The notes: generated by a model not told the origin, from the letters alone. Positions 8,732-18,298 are shown, counted from the stretch's first letter. The stretch: DNA of 41,231 nt from a virus (IMGVR_UViG_3300028666_000024:128001-169231), one strand, 5' to 3'. A program made the numbers and translations.

Positions 8732-9202
8732 ATGGCAGGATGGAAACAGGGTGATTATATTGTTAAGAACCGAGAAAAATATAACGGGGAGAAAAATCCT
8801 CGTTATAAATCTAATCTCGAAGAACGTATGATGTGGTATCTGGACAATAATCAAAATGTTATAGGTTGGGGTTATGAAAAGAATACAATATATTACAAGA
8901 AACCTATTTTTGTGAATTGGAAATTACATCATGTAGAAGATCATCGTTATATCATAGATTACTGGTGTGAGGTTAAAAATAAAGATGATGGAAAGGTTAC
9001 AAAATTCCTCATTGAAGTTAAATCTCATGAACATACAAAACCACCAGTAAGACCTAAGAAAATGACACAGAAAGCACAGCGTAGATATATGCATGATTGT
9101 ATGACATATGCTATCAATCAAAATAAATGGATGTTTGCTAAAGAATATGCTAAAACAAAGGGTTGGAATTTTGTAATCATTACAGATAAAGATTTACTTT
9201 AA
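8732..9202 (+). CDS. 4: T4 gp4-like head completion nuclease
   Basis: KQGDY.VKN.EKY.G, YKSNLE, HRYIIDY, LIEVK, YAINQNKW..AK, IITDKDL. Confidence 0.88.
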   Translation: MAGWKQGDYIVKNREKYNGEKNPRYKSNLEERMMWYLDNNQNVIGWGYEKNTIYYKKPIFVNWKLHHVEDHRYIIDYWCEVKNKDDGKVTKFLIEVKSHEHTKPPVRPKKMTQKAQRRYMHDCMTYAINQNKWMFAKEYAKTKGWNFVIITDKDLL

Positions 9203-9226
9203 AATTACTTTAAAATTATTTTAAAA
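9194..9226 (+). repeat. 11-nt tandem repeat x3 (ttactttaaaa)
   Basis: ttactttaaaa ttactttaaaa ttattttaaaa between gp4 and nrdJ. Confidence 0.6.
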
Positions 9227-9254
9227 CTAAATTCGAAAGAGAGATTTTGTTGAA

Positions 9255-11114
9255 ATGATAAAATATCCTAATATTGCTTCAGAGTTTGTTAGTTTGGTTC
9301 ATTATTGCAGATGGAATGAAAGTAAGGGTAGAAGAGAAAATTGGGAAGAGGTTACAGAAAGAGTTATAAATTGGTTGAAAAGTAAAGAACATTTGTCAAA
9401 AGTTCCTACAAAGGTTTGGAAAAAAATTGAAGATGGTCTTTTAAATTTTTCTGTAATGCCTTCAATGAGATTAGTTGCAACAGCAGGACCAGCAGCAGAT
9501 TCTAATAATATTTGTCTTTATAATTGTAGTTATCTTCCTATTGATACCTTAGAAAGTTTCTCCGAATTAATGTATATCTTGATGCATGGAAGTGGAGTAG
9601 GTTATAGTGTAGAAAAAGAAAATGTCAATAAACTTCCTGAGATTAAACATTGCACAGGAATCATGAGAGATGAATATACCGTTGAGGATTCAAGAGAAGG
9701 TTGGATGAAAGCAATTCTCTTCGGATTACAAACATGGTATGCAGGAGAAGATGTTGAATATAATTTTGGTAAAGTCAGACCTAAAGGTGCTCCCCTCAAA
9801 ACTATGGGTGGAACTGCTTCTGGTCCTGAACCTCTTAAAAAACTTTTGGAAGATGTTAAAAAAATAATTTTAAATGCTGTTGGAAGAAAATTGAAAACTA
9901 TCGAATGTCATGATATTTGTTGCATGATAGCAAGTTGTGTTGTTATGGGTTCAAAAAGAAGATCTGCATGTATTTCATTTAGTGATTTTGATGATGATGA
10001 AATGAGAGATGCTAAACATATTCCTTTTCCTTCGTATAGATATATGTCAAATAATAGTGCAGTATATAAAGATAAACCACAATCAGCAAAGTTTATGAAG
10101 GAGTGGGCTGAACTTGCTATGAGTGGAACAGGTGAACGAGGAATTTATATTGAACAGGAAAGAAACGGGCATAAACTCAGAACAAATCCTTGTGGGGAAA
10201 TCCTTCTTCGTCCTAATGAATTTTGTAATCTTTCAGAAGCAGTTATTCGACCCGGAGATGATATTGATGATTTAGTTGAAAAGGTTAAGACTGCTACTTG
10301 GTTGGGTTGTATTCAAGCAACATTTACAAATTTTCCAAATCTTCGTCCTATATGGAAACAAAATTGTGAAGAAGAAAGACTTATTGGAGTTTCATTAACA
10401 GGGCAGATGGATAATTCAGAAATTCTTACTGAAGAAGTTTTGAAACAACTTCGAAAGACTGTTGAAAAGGTTGCCAAACATGCTTGTAAAATATTAGGAA
10501 TTAATTTTTCTGCTGCTCTTACGGCGGTTAAACCTAGTGGGACAGTTTCACAATTAGTTAATAGTTCTTCGGGTTGTCATGCAAGATATGCTCCTCATTA
10601 TATCAGGAGATATCGTATTAATACAAGTGACCCTATGTTTCATATGATGTGTGATCAAGGTATGGAATGGTTTCCTGAAGTAGGACAAACAAAGGATAAT
10701 TGTTCAACGGCGGTCTTTGAATTTCCTATCAGGGCAGTTGCAGATAATATGATTTATAGGTCACAGATGAATGCTATTGACCAGTTAAATTGGTATTTGA
10801 AACTACAGGATAATTGGTGTTCTCATAATACTTCTATCACAATTTATGTTCCTGATTCTGAATGGTTAAAGGTTGGTTCAGAAGTTTATGATAAGTGGGG
10901 AAGGATTAATGGTGTTGCATTTTTTCCGCTTGATGAACATAATTATCCTTTGGCACCTTATGAAGAAATTACTTCAGAAAGGTATTTAGAAATGTTAGAA
11001 AATTTTCCAAGATTAGATTTTACAAAGTTAGGGGAGTATGAAAAAATCTCCGGGGATACTACCAAAACATCAAGGGAATTTTCTTGTAGTGGTGATAGAT
11101 GTGAGTTAAAATAA
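9255..11114 (+). CDS. nrdJ: Class II (adenosylcobalamin-dependent) ribonucleotide reductase
   Basis: PSMR, NCSY, VRPKGAPLKTMGG.ASGPEPL, TNPCGEI, KPSGTVSQL, C-terminal CSGDRCE; no beta subunit gene alongside. Confidence 0.93.
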   Translation: MIKYPNIASEFVSLVHYCRWNESKGRRENWEEVTERVINWLKSKEHLSKVPTKVWKKIEDGLLNFSVMPSMRLVATAGPAADSNNICLYNCSYLPIDTLESFSELMYILMHGSGVGYSVEKENVNKLPEIKHCTGIMRDEYTVEDSREGWMKAILFGLQTWYAGEDVEYNFGKVRPKGAPLKTMGGTASGPEPLKKLLEDVKKIILNAVGRKLKTIECHDICCMIASCVVMGSKRRSACISFSDFDDDEMRDAKHIPFPSYRYMSNNSAVYKDKPQSAKFMKEWAELAMSGTGERGIYIEQERNGHKLRTNPCGEILLRPNEFCNLSEAVIRPGDDIDDLVEKVKTATWLGCIQATFTNFPNLRPIWKQNCEEERLIGVSLTGQMDNSEILTEEVLKQLRKTVEKVAKHACKILGINFSAALTAVKPSGTVSQLVNSSSGCHARYAPHYIRRYRINTSDPMFHMMCDQGMEWFPEVGQTKDNCSTAVFEFPIRAVADNMIYRSQMNAIDQLNWYLKLQDNWCSHNTSITIYVPDSEWLKVGSEVYDKWGRINGVAFFPLDEHNYPLAPYEEITSERYLEMLENFPRLDFTKLGEYEKISGDTTKTSREFSCSGDRCELK

Positions 11115-11117
11115 CTA

Positions 11118-11146
11118 TTGCTTTCTTCAAAATAATGTGGTATTAT
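11118..11146 (+). promoter_or_regulatory. sigma70-like promoter, class A
   Basis: TTGCTT-17-TATTAT with TGG before -10 and the same downstream taaggta as 6278; upstream of the tRNA and clamp gene. Confidence 0.75.
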
Positions 11147-11162
11147 TAAGGTATAGAAATTT

Positions 11163-11242
11163 GGCTTCGTGGTGGAATTGGCAGACACACCTGACTCAAG
11201 ATCAGACGCGAAAGCATAAGAGTTCAAATCTCTTCGAAGCTA
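11163..11242 (+). tRNA. tRNA-Leu (anticodon CAA), no encoded CCA
   Basis: Acceptor GGCTTCG/CGAAGCT+A; D-arm GTGGAATTGGCAGACAC; anticodon loop CTCAAGA; variable arm GCGAAAGC; T-arm AAGAG-TTCAAAT-CTCTT. Confidence 0.9.
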
Positions 11243-11275
11243 CTAACATTTAAATCTTAATAGGAGTAACATCTA

Positions 11276-12016
11276 ATGTCTAACGAAGTTCAGTTTAAAA
11301 AGAAGTTTTTTGAAGTTTTGAAAGATCTTTCCAAGATTACCACACAAGTAATTATTACCAAGGAAGATGGTCATTTAGTTTGCAGACAGAAGACAGATGA
11401 TGAGTCGATTCGTTATACTCTCACTGCCCCGTTGGATAATTTTACTTTTGAAAAGGATGAAGTTGGTATATACAATTATCCAGAATTCTATCAATTCTTT
11501 TCACTTTTTAAGAATCCAAAAATCCTCATTGAAGATGATAAGATTCGGTTTGAAGAAGGAAATTCTCTCATTGAATATTACTTCTCAAAACCAGAAGTTT
11601 GTGCAAGGGGAGTAAACACTAACTGGTCAAAGTATCCGACTGCTGTTAAGTTTAAAATTCTTCAAAAGGATTTAGAATCTCTTGTAAAAGCATCAAGTCT
11701 TATTGTTTCTTCCGACAAGAGAAAGAAAGCCAGAATCAGTGTTGAAAATGATATGGTTAAAATTGAATTGATTGGAACTAACATCAATCAAAAGAGTAGT
11801 GAGTATAATCAATCATATAGCAAGGTTTTTGATGCAGAGAAGGTTACTGATTATGAACCATTCAATTATACTATCAATGCTGATTTCTTCATTAACTCTG
11901 CAAAGAACACAGACTTTGAAGTTGAGATTAAACAGATTGGGGCAATAAAGTCCTCCTATAAAGTTGACGATATTTGTGTTGATATTTTCACAACATTTAT
12001 TAAAGAGAGATCATAA
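11276..12016 (+). CDS. 45: T4 gp45-like sliding clamp
   Basis: LKDLSKI..., VGIYNYPEF..FFSLF.NP pattern; length; position upstream of the clamp loader. Confidence 0.8.
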   Translation: MSNEVQFKKKFFEVLKDLSKITTQVIITKEDGHLVCRQKTDDESIRYTLTAPLDNFTFEKDEVGIYNYPEFYQFFSLFKNPKILIEDDKIRFEEGNSLIEYYFSKPEVCARGVNTNWSKYPTAVKFKILQKDLESLVKASSLIVSSDKRKKARISVENDMVKIELIGTNINQKSSEYNQSYSKVFDAEKVTDYEPFNYTINADFFINSAKNTDFEVEIKQIGAIKSSYKVDDICVDIFTTFIKERS

Positions 12017-12018
12017 TA

Positions 12019-12546
12019 ATGACCACAGAGAAAAATGTAGAAGAATTGAAAGTTGTAAAGACTGAACAAGACCAACTTATTCACGAAGAGTATGTTGCAC
12101 CTGCTCCGGTAGAGAAGTTTATTGACTCAGTAACAGGTGAGGTTATTGATAAGTCTAAGTTGACTCATTGGCAGAAGATTAAGATAGCTGCTGAAGCAAC
12201 AGGAACACAAGTCAGAGAACCGAAGTCTGGTTGTAAGAAGTGTTTCGGTCGAGGATATGATATTTATCTTCAAGACGGAACTCCTCATCCATGCAACTGT
12301 ATTTATCCTAACAAGACAGAGGCCGAGAAGATGAAGGACCAATCACTCTCTTCATTTGCAGTTAATAGGAAGATGAAGCGGGATGCTATGAAGGAAAATA
12401 AAAATCTTTCAAATAAACTTGCTAATCTGATTCGAGAAGGTAAGATTAAGATTAAGAAAGAACTTGAAAAAGATGTTCCTGAAATTGTAAAGGAAAATCT
12501 TGAAGTTACTCCTGATGCTTCTGAAGTTATTGAGGTTTGTAAATGA
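12019..12546 (+). CDS. Hypothetical protein with DnaJ-like zinc finger
   Basis: CKKCFGRGY...PCNC. Confidence 0.65.
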   Translation: MTTEKNVEELKVVKTEQDQLIHEEYVAPAPVEKFIDSVTGEVIDKSKLTHWQKIKIAAEATGTQVREPKSGCKKCFGRGYDIYLQDGTPHPCNCIYPNKTEAEKMKDQSLSSFAVNRKMKRDAMKENKNLSNKLANLIREGKIKIKKELEKDVPEIVKENLEVTPDASEVIEVCK

Positions 12547-12746
12547 AAAAGTTTATAATCTATAAAGAAACAATATTCAATAATGGATAAGTTGTGAGAA
12601 CTGTATATTTTGTGAAGAAGGTTCTTTGGTTTTGGAAGGACATGAAAGGATCTCTTTATAGATTTGAATTTAAAACTCCTCAAGACGCAGAAGAAACTAT
12701 TAGAGTTATTTATGATAATAACCTTTGAGAAAGACTTATAATCTAA
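12543..12746 (+). pseudogene. Small gene interrupted by two in-frame stops
   Basis: MKKFIIYKETIFNNG*VVRTVYFVKKVLWFWKD...DNNL*ERLII* exactly fills the gap; TAA 12588, TGA 12726, final TAA abuts ATG 12747. Confidence 0.55.
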
Positions 12747-13706
12747 ATGAACATTCAAGATCTTAACAGTGCAGTGTGGTATAAGAATTATCAACCGAAG
12801 AATATGAATAATATTATGCTTCCTAAGTCTATGAAAGCATATTTTACAAAACTTATGAAGAGTGGAAAAGATTTACCTCCTCTTCTTTTTCATTCAGTTT
12901 CTCCGGGAACTGGTAAGAGCACATGTGCATGGTGTCTAATCAATGACCTTGATGTTGATTATATTTACATTAACGGATCTTTGGAAAATGGTATTGATAT
13001 GATCCGCGATAAGATTGTTGTTTTCTGCACGACAGCATCTTTTGAAGGTAAGAAGAAGATTGTTTTTCTTGATGAGTTTGACGGTATTACTATGCAAGCG
13101 CAGAAAGCATTACGTGGTCTTGTTGATGAATTTATAAATTATTGTGGATTCATAGTTACTTTAAATTATGTGTCCACTATCATTGAACCTATCACTTCAA
13201 GATTTACAATGAAAGATTTTAATTTTACTTCTGAAGAAATCAAAACAGAACTTGTTCCAAAATTTGCAAAATATATCAATGATATTTTGGATATTGAAAA
13301 GGTTGAGAGATCTTCAGAAATTATTGAAACTGTTGTAAAGAAATTTTATCCTGATGTTCGTAAGATGGTAAATATTTGTCAGGAATATTCTGAACAAAAC
13401 AACGTTATTGATTCTGGAATTTTAAAGTTTGAAGAGATTTCAAATGAACTTATAGAATTTATTTTAAAAAGAGATTTTTTAGGAGCAAGAAGATTTGTAA
13501 TCAATAATAATATCAGTCACCGAGTTATATTCTCTCATCTTTACAAACATCTATTACCAAGACTTTTAAATACTCCTTTACAAAAAAGGTTTCCAGAAAT
13601 TTTGATAATTCTTGCAAAGTATGACCGAGAGAGTTATTATGCAAATGACAAAGAATTACAAGTTGCTGCATGTTTATTAGAGATTATTCAAAGAATTAGT
13701 ATATAA
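12747..13706 (+). CDS. 44: T4 gp44-like clamp loader AAA+ subunit
   Basis: W..NYQP, SPGTGKST Walker A, FLDEFD Walker B, AQKALRG, IIEPITSRF, YPDVRK. Confidence 0.93.
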   Translation: MNIQDLNSAVWYKNYQPKNMNNIMLPKSMKAYFTKLMKSGKDLPPLLFHSVSPGTGKSTCAWCLINDLDVDYIYINGSLENGIDMIRDKIVVFCTTASFEGKKKIVFLDEFDGITMQAQKALRGLVDEFINYCGFIVTLNYVSTIIEPITSRFTMKDFNFTSEEIKTELVPKFAKYINDILDIEKVERSSEIIETVVKKFYPDVRKMVNICQEYSEQNNVIDSGILKFEEISNELIEFILKRDFLGARRFVINNNISHRVIFSHLYKHLLPRLLNTPLQKRFPEILIILAKYDRESYYANDKELQVAACLLEIIQRISI

Positions 13707-13713
13707 CATTTTA

Positions 13714-13833
13714 TGTAGGTGATAATCGTTGTCTGCGGATGTATCTCTGAAAGGTGGTGTGTATACCACAACTACATGAGAATTGGGAACACTATAGCTC
13801 TCTTCCCTACCCTAAGTGCGACAACAACCTACA
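13714..13833 (+). ncRNA. Candidate structured non-coding RNA (about 120 nt)
   Basis: GC-richer intergenic stretch with nested pairings TGTAGGT/ACCTACA, GTTGTC-GC/GCGACAAC, ATGTA/TACAT, GTGGTG/TACCAC, GGGAA/TTCCC; strand not established. Confidence 0.5.
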
Positions 13834-13861
13834 GATTTAATTTAAAGGAAAGAATAAATAA

Positions 13862-14107
13862 ATGGAAGAACATCTTAATGCAACCTTAATACCATATGAA
13901 TCTGAACCAATAAAAAATTATAAACTTGTAGCTCTAATATATTTTCTCATTCGAGATCATATTCAACCCGGAGTAATTGAAACATTAATGAAAGATATAT
14001 CTTATGAAGGAAATATAAATTTTCTTTCAAATTATTGGCTTGTTGGATACTCAAAAGATATAGTTGAAAGATTAACAGAAAACACAAACGAGGAGAAAAT
14101 ATCATGA
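13862..14107 (+). CDS. Hypothetical protein
   Basis: AAGGA RBS, 81-aa ORF, ATGA overlap with the next gene. Confidence 0.7.
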   Translation: MEEHLNATLIPYESEPIKNYKLVALIYFLIRDHIQPGVIETLMKDISYEGNINFLSNYWLVGYSKDIVERLTENTNEEKIS

Positions 14108-14739
14108 AAAAGGGTTTGACTGAAATTACAGTAGTTATGGATAAGTCTGGTTCAATGGAACATCTTACAAAAGATACAATAGGTGGTTTTAATTCTTTTA
14201 TTGAGGGACAGAAGAAAATTCCCGGTGATGCAACACTAAGTCTTTTTCTTTTTGGTACAGAAATTTATCCTCTTTATGAAAACAAAGATATTAAAACAAT
14301 TAACCCTATTACTTCAGAAGAATATGTTGCTGATGATTATTCGACTGCTCTTTGTGATGCTATAGGAAAAACTATTGATAGTGTTGGAGCACGACTTTCT
14401 GCAACAAATGAAAACGACCGTCCTGAAAAAGTTTTGATTGTTATTCTTACTGATGGATTTGAAAATGATAGTAAAAAATATAATCAATCAAAAATCAAGG
14501 AGATGGTTGAAAATCAGAGGAAGACTTATTCATGGGAATTTATTTTTCTTGGTGCAAACATGGATGCTTTTACTGTTGGTGGAAGTTATGGAATTCAAAA
14601 TAATATCAATTACTCTTCCACCAATATTGGAACCAGAAAGGCATATGAAACTGTATGTTATGCTGCTACTAATATAAGACTCGGTAAATCTATAATGGAT
14701 GGTGTTAGTAATGATATAAGGGACAATACAAATGTATAA
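14104..14739 (+). CDS. von Willebrand factor A (vWA) domain protein
   Basis: MIDAS DKSGSM, TALCDAIG, ILTDGFEN, WEFIFLGAN. Confidence 0.9.
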   Translation: MKKGLTEITVVMDKSGSMEHLTKDTIGGFNSFIEGQKKIPGDATLSLFLFGTEIYPLYENKDIKTINPITSEEYVADDYSTALCDAIGKTIDSVGARLSATNENDRPEKVLIVILTDGFENDSKKYNQSKIKEMVENQRKTYSWEFIFLGANMDAFTVGGSYGIQNNINYSSTNIGTRKAYETVCYAATNIRLGKSIMDGVSNDIRDNTNV

Positions 14740-15421
14740 ATTAATTGTTCCAAGAGTTCCCGGCGACGATGTTCTTTTCGATAGTATCGTATATGCTAAC
14801 GTTAAAAACATTTCAACTCAGACAGAGATAATCAACATCACAGACGATTATCCTAACGAAACAATTCATTCAAAATATTTCAAAGCTTTGATAAATTTGA
14901 AAGAAAATGATTTGAAAGATGATGATGTTCTTATATTCTGTCATAATGATTGTGGAATTATTGATCCTCTTTTCAAAGAAAAAGTTGATAGGTTTTTTGA
15001 AACTACAGATGTTGCTCTTCTTGGTTTTGTTGGAAGTAGCAAAATGAAAGAGGATTTGTGTTGGTGGAATAGTGAACCTCAATATCTTCGAGGTCATTTG
15101 ATGCAGGGTAATAAGGATGATAATAATGCAACACATTTGATAAAGGGAGCAATAGGATTTTATAACGATTTAATAATGATTGATGGTTTTTGTTTTGTAA
15201 CGCTTGGAAAGTATTTTAAAAATTTTCCAATCAATTTTGATAATAGTTATAAAGGAAATCATTTTTATGATATGGACCTTTGCCGTCAGTTTATGTTTCA
15301 AGATTTAAAAATTGGAGTTGCAGATATTCTTATGTATCACAAGTCTCCCGGTAGTTCTCCAAGTGATGAAAATTGGAAATCCGATAGAGCAAACTTCTTA
15401 TTGAAAGCAGATTACATTTAA
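14732..15421 (+). CDS. GT2-like glycosyltransferase (Glyco_tranf_2_5-like)
   Basis: LIFCHND, GFVG, IDGFCF, FD......HFYDMDLC, H.S.G motifs. Confidence 0.75.
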   Translation: MYKLIVPRVPGDDVLFDSIVYANVKNISTQTEIINITDDYPNETIHSKYFKALINLKENDLKDDDVLIFCHNDCGIIDPLFKEKVDRFFETTDVALLGFVGSSKMKEDLCWWNSEPQYLRGHLMQGNKDDNNATHLIKGAIGFYNDLIMIDGFCFVTLGKYFKNFPINFDNSYKGNHFYDMDLCRQFMFQDLKIGVADILMYHKSPGSSPSDENWKSDRANFLLKADYI

Positions 15422-15865
15422 ATGATGTTTCTTACTTGTTTGAGTATAATTATCTATCAGTGTTGGACAGGTGTAGTTGAAGGACTGAAGAATCGTTGGT
15501 CAACTCTTCCGGTTCTTTGGTGGTCTAAAGATGGTTCATATCATGAGTGGAGATTGATGCAGGGAGTTTTTATTATTTTTGCTGTTATCTTCGGGATGTT
15601 TGCTGGTTTTACTTGGTTACATGTTGCTGCCCTTGTTTGTTCGTGGATAGGTGGTAACGCAATCTATAACAGATTCCTTGTATGGGTTGCACAAGCTAAA
15701 CATTCACTACTCGATATAAATCGTAATGTAGATGGAACACCAGCCTCTTTTTGTTTTGGAAAGTTGATTTTAAAACAATATCCAATTTTTACAACGGGTT
15801 GGACAGAACTTGTGTTTACCTTTCCAATCTTTACAATTTTTGCAATAATCTTAGCAATAGTTTAA
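15422..15865 (+). CDS. Hypothetical membrane protein
   Basis: Several hydrophobic segments. Confidence 0.7.
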   Translation: MMFLTCLSIIIYQCWTGVVEGLKNRWSTLPVLWWSKDGSYHEWRLMQGVFIIFAVIFGMFAGFTWLHVAALVCSWIGGNAIYNRFLVWVAQAKHSLLDINRNVDGTPASFCFGKLILKQYPIFTTGWTELVFTFPIFTIFAIILAIV

Positions 15866-15876
15866 AAGGAGTTAAA

Positions 15877-16086
15877 ATGGATTATAAAATAACTGTTCAT
15901 TTTAAAGATATTAATGATAAAGAATCTTTTAGATGTTTTATAGGAGAAGATAAAAATTTTAAATATTTTATAAAAGATTCCTTTTCTTTCTATTATAATA
16001 GTAATTTTTATGATAAAAAAGTAAAAACTATCAAAATTAATTATAATACAGAAGAAACACCAACTGTAGATATTATCACTATTTAA
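15877..16086 (+). CDS. Hypothetical protein
   Basis: AAGGAG RBS before ATG 15877. Confidence 0.6.
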   Translation: MDYKITVHFKDINDKESFRCFIGEDKNFKYFIKDSFSFYYNSNFYDKKVKTIKINYNTEETPTVDIITI

Positions 16087-16099
16087 CAAAGGATTTAAA

Positions 16100-16666
16100 A
16101 TGGAAAAAATGAATGATGGTTATGATGGTTTGCGACAGATTGTTTTAGATGCTGTTGGTCGTGCTGCAATTGGTAAGGGTAAGGAACGTCATGCTTCGGG
16201 AGAGGATTTTGAGGACCAACAGATTTGTCAAATTCCCCGATGGCAGAAGAGTATTCATGGGTTGCTTTTTCAGGTAACTAAGAAGGCAATGGAGATTGAG
16301 CGTCTTCCTACACTTGAGGCACAGATTAAGGAGTTGCAGGATATTATTATCTACAGTGCAGCGGCAATCATTGTTAAACATGAAGAACTTGGAAAGGCCT
16401 ATCAACAAAATATTCAACAAAATATTTATCAAAAGGCTTCAGACTTTATTGATGAAAATACTGTTTCACAAACTATTTCACCAACAAATATTGGAAAGGA
16501 CTATCAACAAAATATTTATCAAAAGGCTTCACAAACTATTTATCAAAAGGCTTCAGACCTTGTTGATGAAAATACTAATATACCTGTTTCACAAACTATT
16601 TCACCAACAAATATCGGTAGTATTGATGTTGATGCTGTTCAAGATATTATTGGAAAGACCAACTAA
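16100..16666 (+). CDS. Phage protein, possible all-alpha NTP-pyrophosphatase-like domain, with internally duplicated tail
   Basis: GKGKERHA...QVTKKAME...ELQDIIIY helical motif; tail built from repeated YQQNIYQKAS and VSQTISPTNIG blocks. Confidence 0.45.
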   Translation: MEKMNDGYDGLRQIVLDAVGRAAIGKGKERHASGEDFEDQQICQIPRWQKSIHGLLFQVTKKAMEIERLPTLEAQIKELQDIIIYSAAAIIVKHEELGKAYQQNIQQNIYQKASDFIDENTVSQTISPTNIGKDYQQNIYQKASQTIYQKASDLVDENTNIPVSQTISPTNIGSIDVDAVQDIIGKTN

Positions 16667-16669
16667 ACA

Positions 16670-17059
16670 ATGAAGATTTTTGATTATCTTAATGGAATGA
16701 CCTCTGAAAAGAAGGAACTTAATTTTGACTTGGATGAGGTTTCAAAGGGATATGATTCATACATGACTAACCGATGGGTTTCTATGTGTGAGTTATATCT
16801 TCCGATAGCAGCAGAAATAAATCGTATAAATACTTCTGACGAGGATAATTACAATTATTATCGAATATCGTTACCAAAGAATCATGTTTATTTTTCATAC
16901 ATTAAAAAGAACAAGTCAGAATCTTTAAAAGAAAAAGAATACTTAGCAAAGTTTTATAAGGTAAATTTAAAAGAAACTGATGAACTTTTAAAAATTTTAA
17001 AACCCGAACAGATTAAAAAAATAGTTGAATTTTATGAACGTGGAGGAAAGGTTAAATGA
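16670..17059 (+). CDS. 62: T4 gp62-like clamp loader small subunit
   Basis: IFDYLN, Y.SYM.NR..S, AAEIN, YNYY...LPK, LAKFY.VN..E...LL.IL..EQI. Confidence 0.8.
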   Translation: MKIFDYLNGMTSEKKELNFDLDEVSKGYDSYMTNRWVSMCELYLPIAAEINRINTSDEDNYNYYRISLPKNHVYFSYIKKNKSESLKEKEYLAKFYKVNLKETDELLKILKPEQIKKIVEFYERGGKVK

Positions 17060-17310
17060 GTAATGCAGGAAACAAACCTTATATAAAAGGATATGATGTA
17101 AGTGAAATTGAATGGTTAAGAATTTTTCCAAAGGAGAGTTTTATGATACCAAAGAAAGTAAAGTGTTTGCATTGTGGTGAGATTATTGATGTGAATGTGC
17201 AGCGTAATCATTCTTGTACTTGTAATACAGTAGTGATTGCAGAGGGTAGGGTTTATGGAACTCCCGGAACTGATTGGACTGATGTATCTCCAATGTTGTT
17301 GAATGAGTAA
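17056..17310 (+). CDS. Small zinc-ribbon protein
   Basis: KCLHCGEII...CTC. Confidence 0.65.
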   Translation: MSNAGNKPYIKGYDVSEIEWLRIFPKESFMIPKKVKCLHCGEIIDVNVQRNHSCTCNTVVIAEGRVYGTPGTDWTDVSPMLLNE

Positions 17311-17315
17311 ATTAA

Positions 17316-17498
17316 GTGGAATTTAAATTTTATGTAGATCAAAATTCCAGTTTGGATTATGTGAAGTCATTAATGAAAACCCAATTGGACGCTATCGTTG
17401 ATCAGAACTTCTATAGAACTTTGAAACTTTTTAAAAAAGATTGCAAAGATAAGAAGGCTGTGAGAATGGTTGTAAAAGTAGAAGTTGAAGAGATTTAA
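17316..17498 (+). CDS. Small hypothetical protein
   Basis: GTG-start ORF filling the operon gap. Confidence 0.5.
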   Translation: MEFKFYVDQNSSLDYVKSLMKTQLDAIVDQNFYRTLKLFKKDCKDKKAVRMVVKVEVEEI

Positions 17499-17521
17499 AA
17501 TATATTTTAAACAAACAAAAT

Positions 17522-17529
17522 TATAAATA
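17522..17529 (+). promoter_or_regulatory. T4-type late promoter TATAAATA
   Basis: Intergenic, upstream of the AGGAG RBS of the GroES homologue. Confidence 0.7.
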
Positions 17530-17550
17530 TTTTAACAGGAGATTTAAAAG

Positions 17551-17964
17551 ATGAGTGAATCAGGAGTAGATACAAACGCACCAGTGTATTTGACCAATAG
17601 TATGATTGACTTCAAGACAGATAATATTAACAAATTCATTCCATTGAGAGATAGAGTTGTTGGTAAGTTGGTGAAAGATGCTCGTAAAGAAACAAAGGTT
17701 GGTAGTATTATTCTTACATCAAATACCAAAGAACCTTATTCTGAATGTGAAGTGTTATCAGTAGGTAGAGGAGTTACTACTTCTATCGGTGTTATTCCTC
17801 CAGAAGTTGCAGTCGGAGATATTTGTCTGCTTTGGACTGGTAAGTGGTTTGAACTGACAGATGGAGATAATCAATATATCATCTTTCAGGAGAATGATAT
17901 TGTTGCAAAGTATAGACCCGTTGCTCCTACCTCAGTTCCTATAACCGAAGAGGAAAGTACATAA
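17551..17964 (+). CDS. groES: Co-chaperonin GroES/Cpn10 homologue
   Basis: PLRDRVV, GSIILT, EVLSVGRG, V.VGD, IFQENDIVA. Confidence 0.88.
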   Translation: MSESGVDTNAPVYLTNSMIDFKTDNINKFIPLRDRVVGKLVKDARKETKVGSIILTSNTKEPYSECEVLSVGRGVTTSIGVIPPEVAVGDICLLWTGKWFELTDGDNQYIIFQENDIVAKYRPVAPTSVPITEEEST

Positions 17965-18293
17965 TGGGTAAGTTTTCAAATTTCTATTATTTTGAAAATC
18001 CTAAATCAGAAACAGAGACTTTAGAAGTTTCAGAAGTCTCTTTTCTAATTCATGAAAAAGAATTTGATAGACTTTTGAAAGAGTTTCAACAGGATTATAA
18101 ATACTTTCTGGATGCAAATGAGTTTAAAGATGATTGGGGTTACGGTTACACGTTCAAAAGTAGAGATGGAACAGTAACCCTTTTAAATCGTTGGAAAGAT
18201 GAAGTAATAAACGAAGATTCAAAAATTATTTGTTGTTGTGAAGATATTTTTAAAACAGTAAAAGAATTATTTAAAATTACATTAAAGGAGTAA
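17964..18293 (+). CDS. Hypothetical late protein
   Basis: TAATG coupling; N-terminus MGKFSNFYYFE. Confidence 0.7.
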   Translation: MGKFSNFYYFENPKSETETLEVSEVSFLIHEKEFDRLLKEFQQDYKYFLDANEFKDDWGYGYTFKSRDGTVTLLNRWKDEVINEDSKIICCCEDIFKTVKELFKITLKE

Positions 18294-18298
18294 TAAAT

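Noticed and set aside
9255-11114. Intein or intron in nrdJ or other core genes
   Set aside because: Lengths and motif spacing are compact, with no splice-junction or endonuclease insert visible.
12543-12746. Stop-codon reassignment suggested by in-frame stops
   Set aside because: TAA, TAG and TGA all terminate well-supported genes, and core genes are uninterrupted in the standard code.
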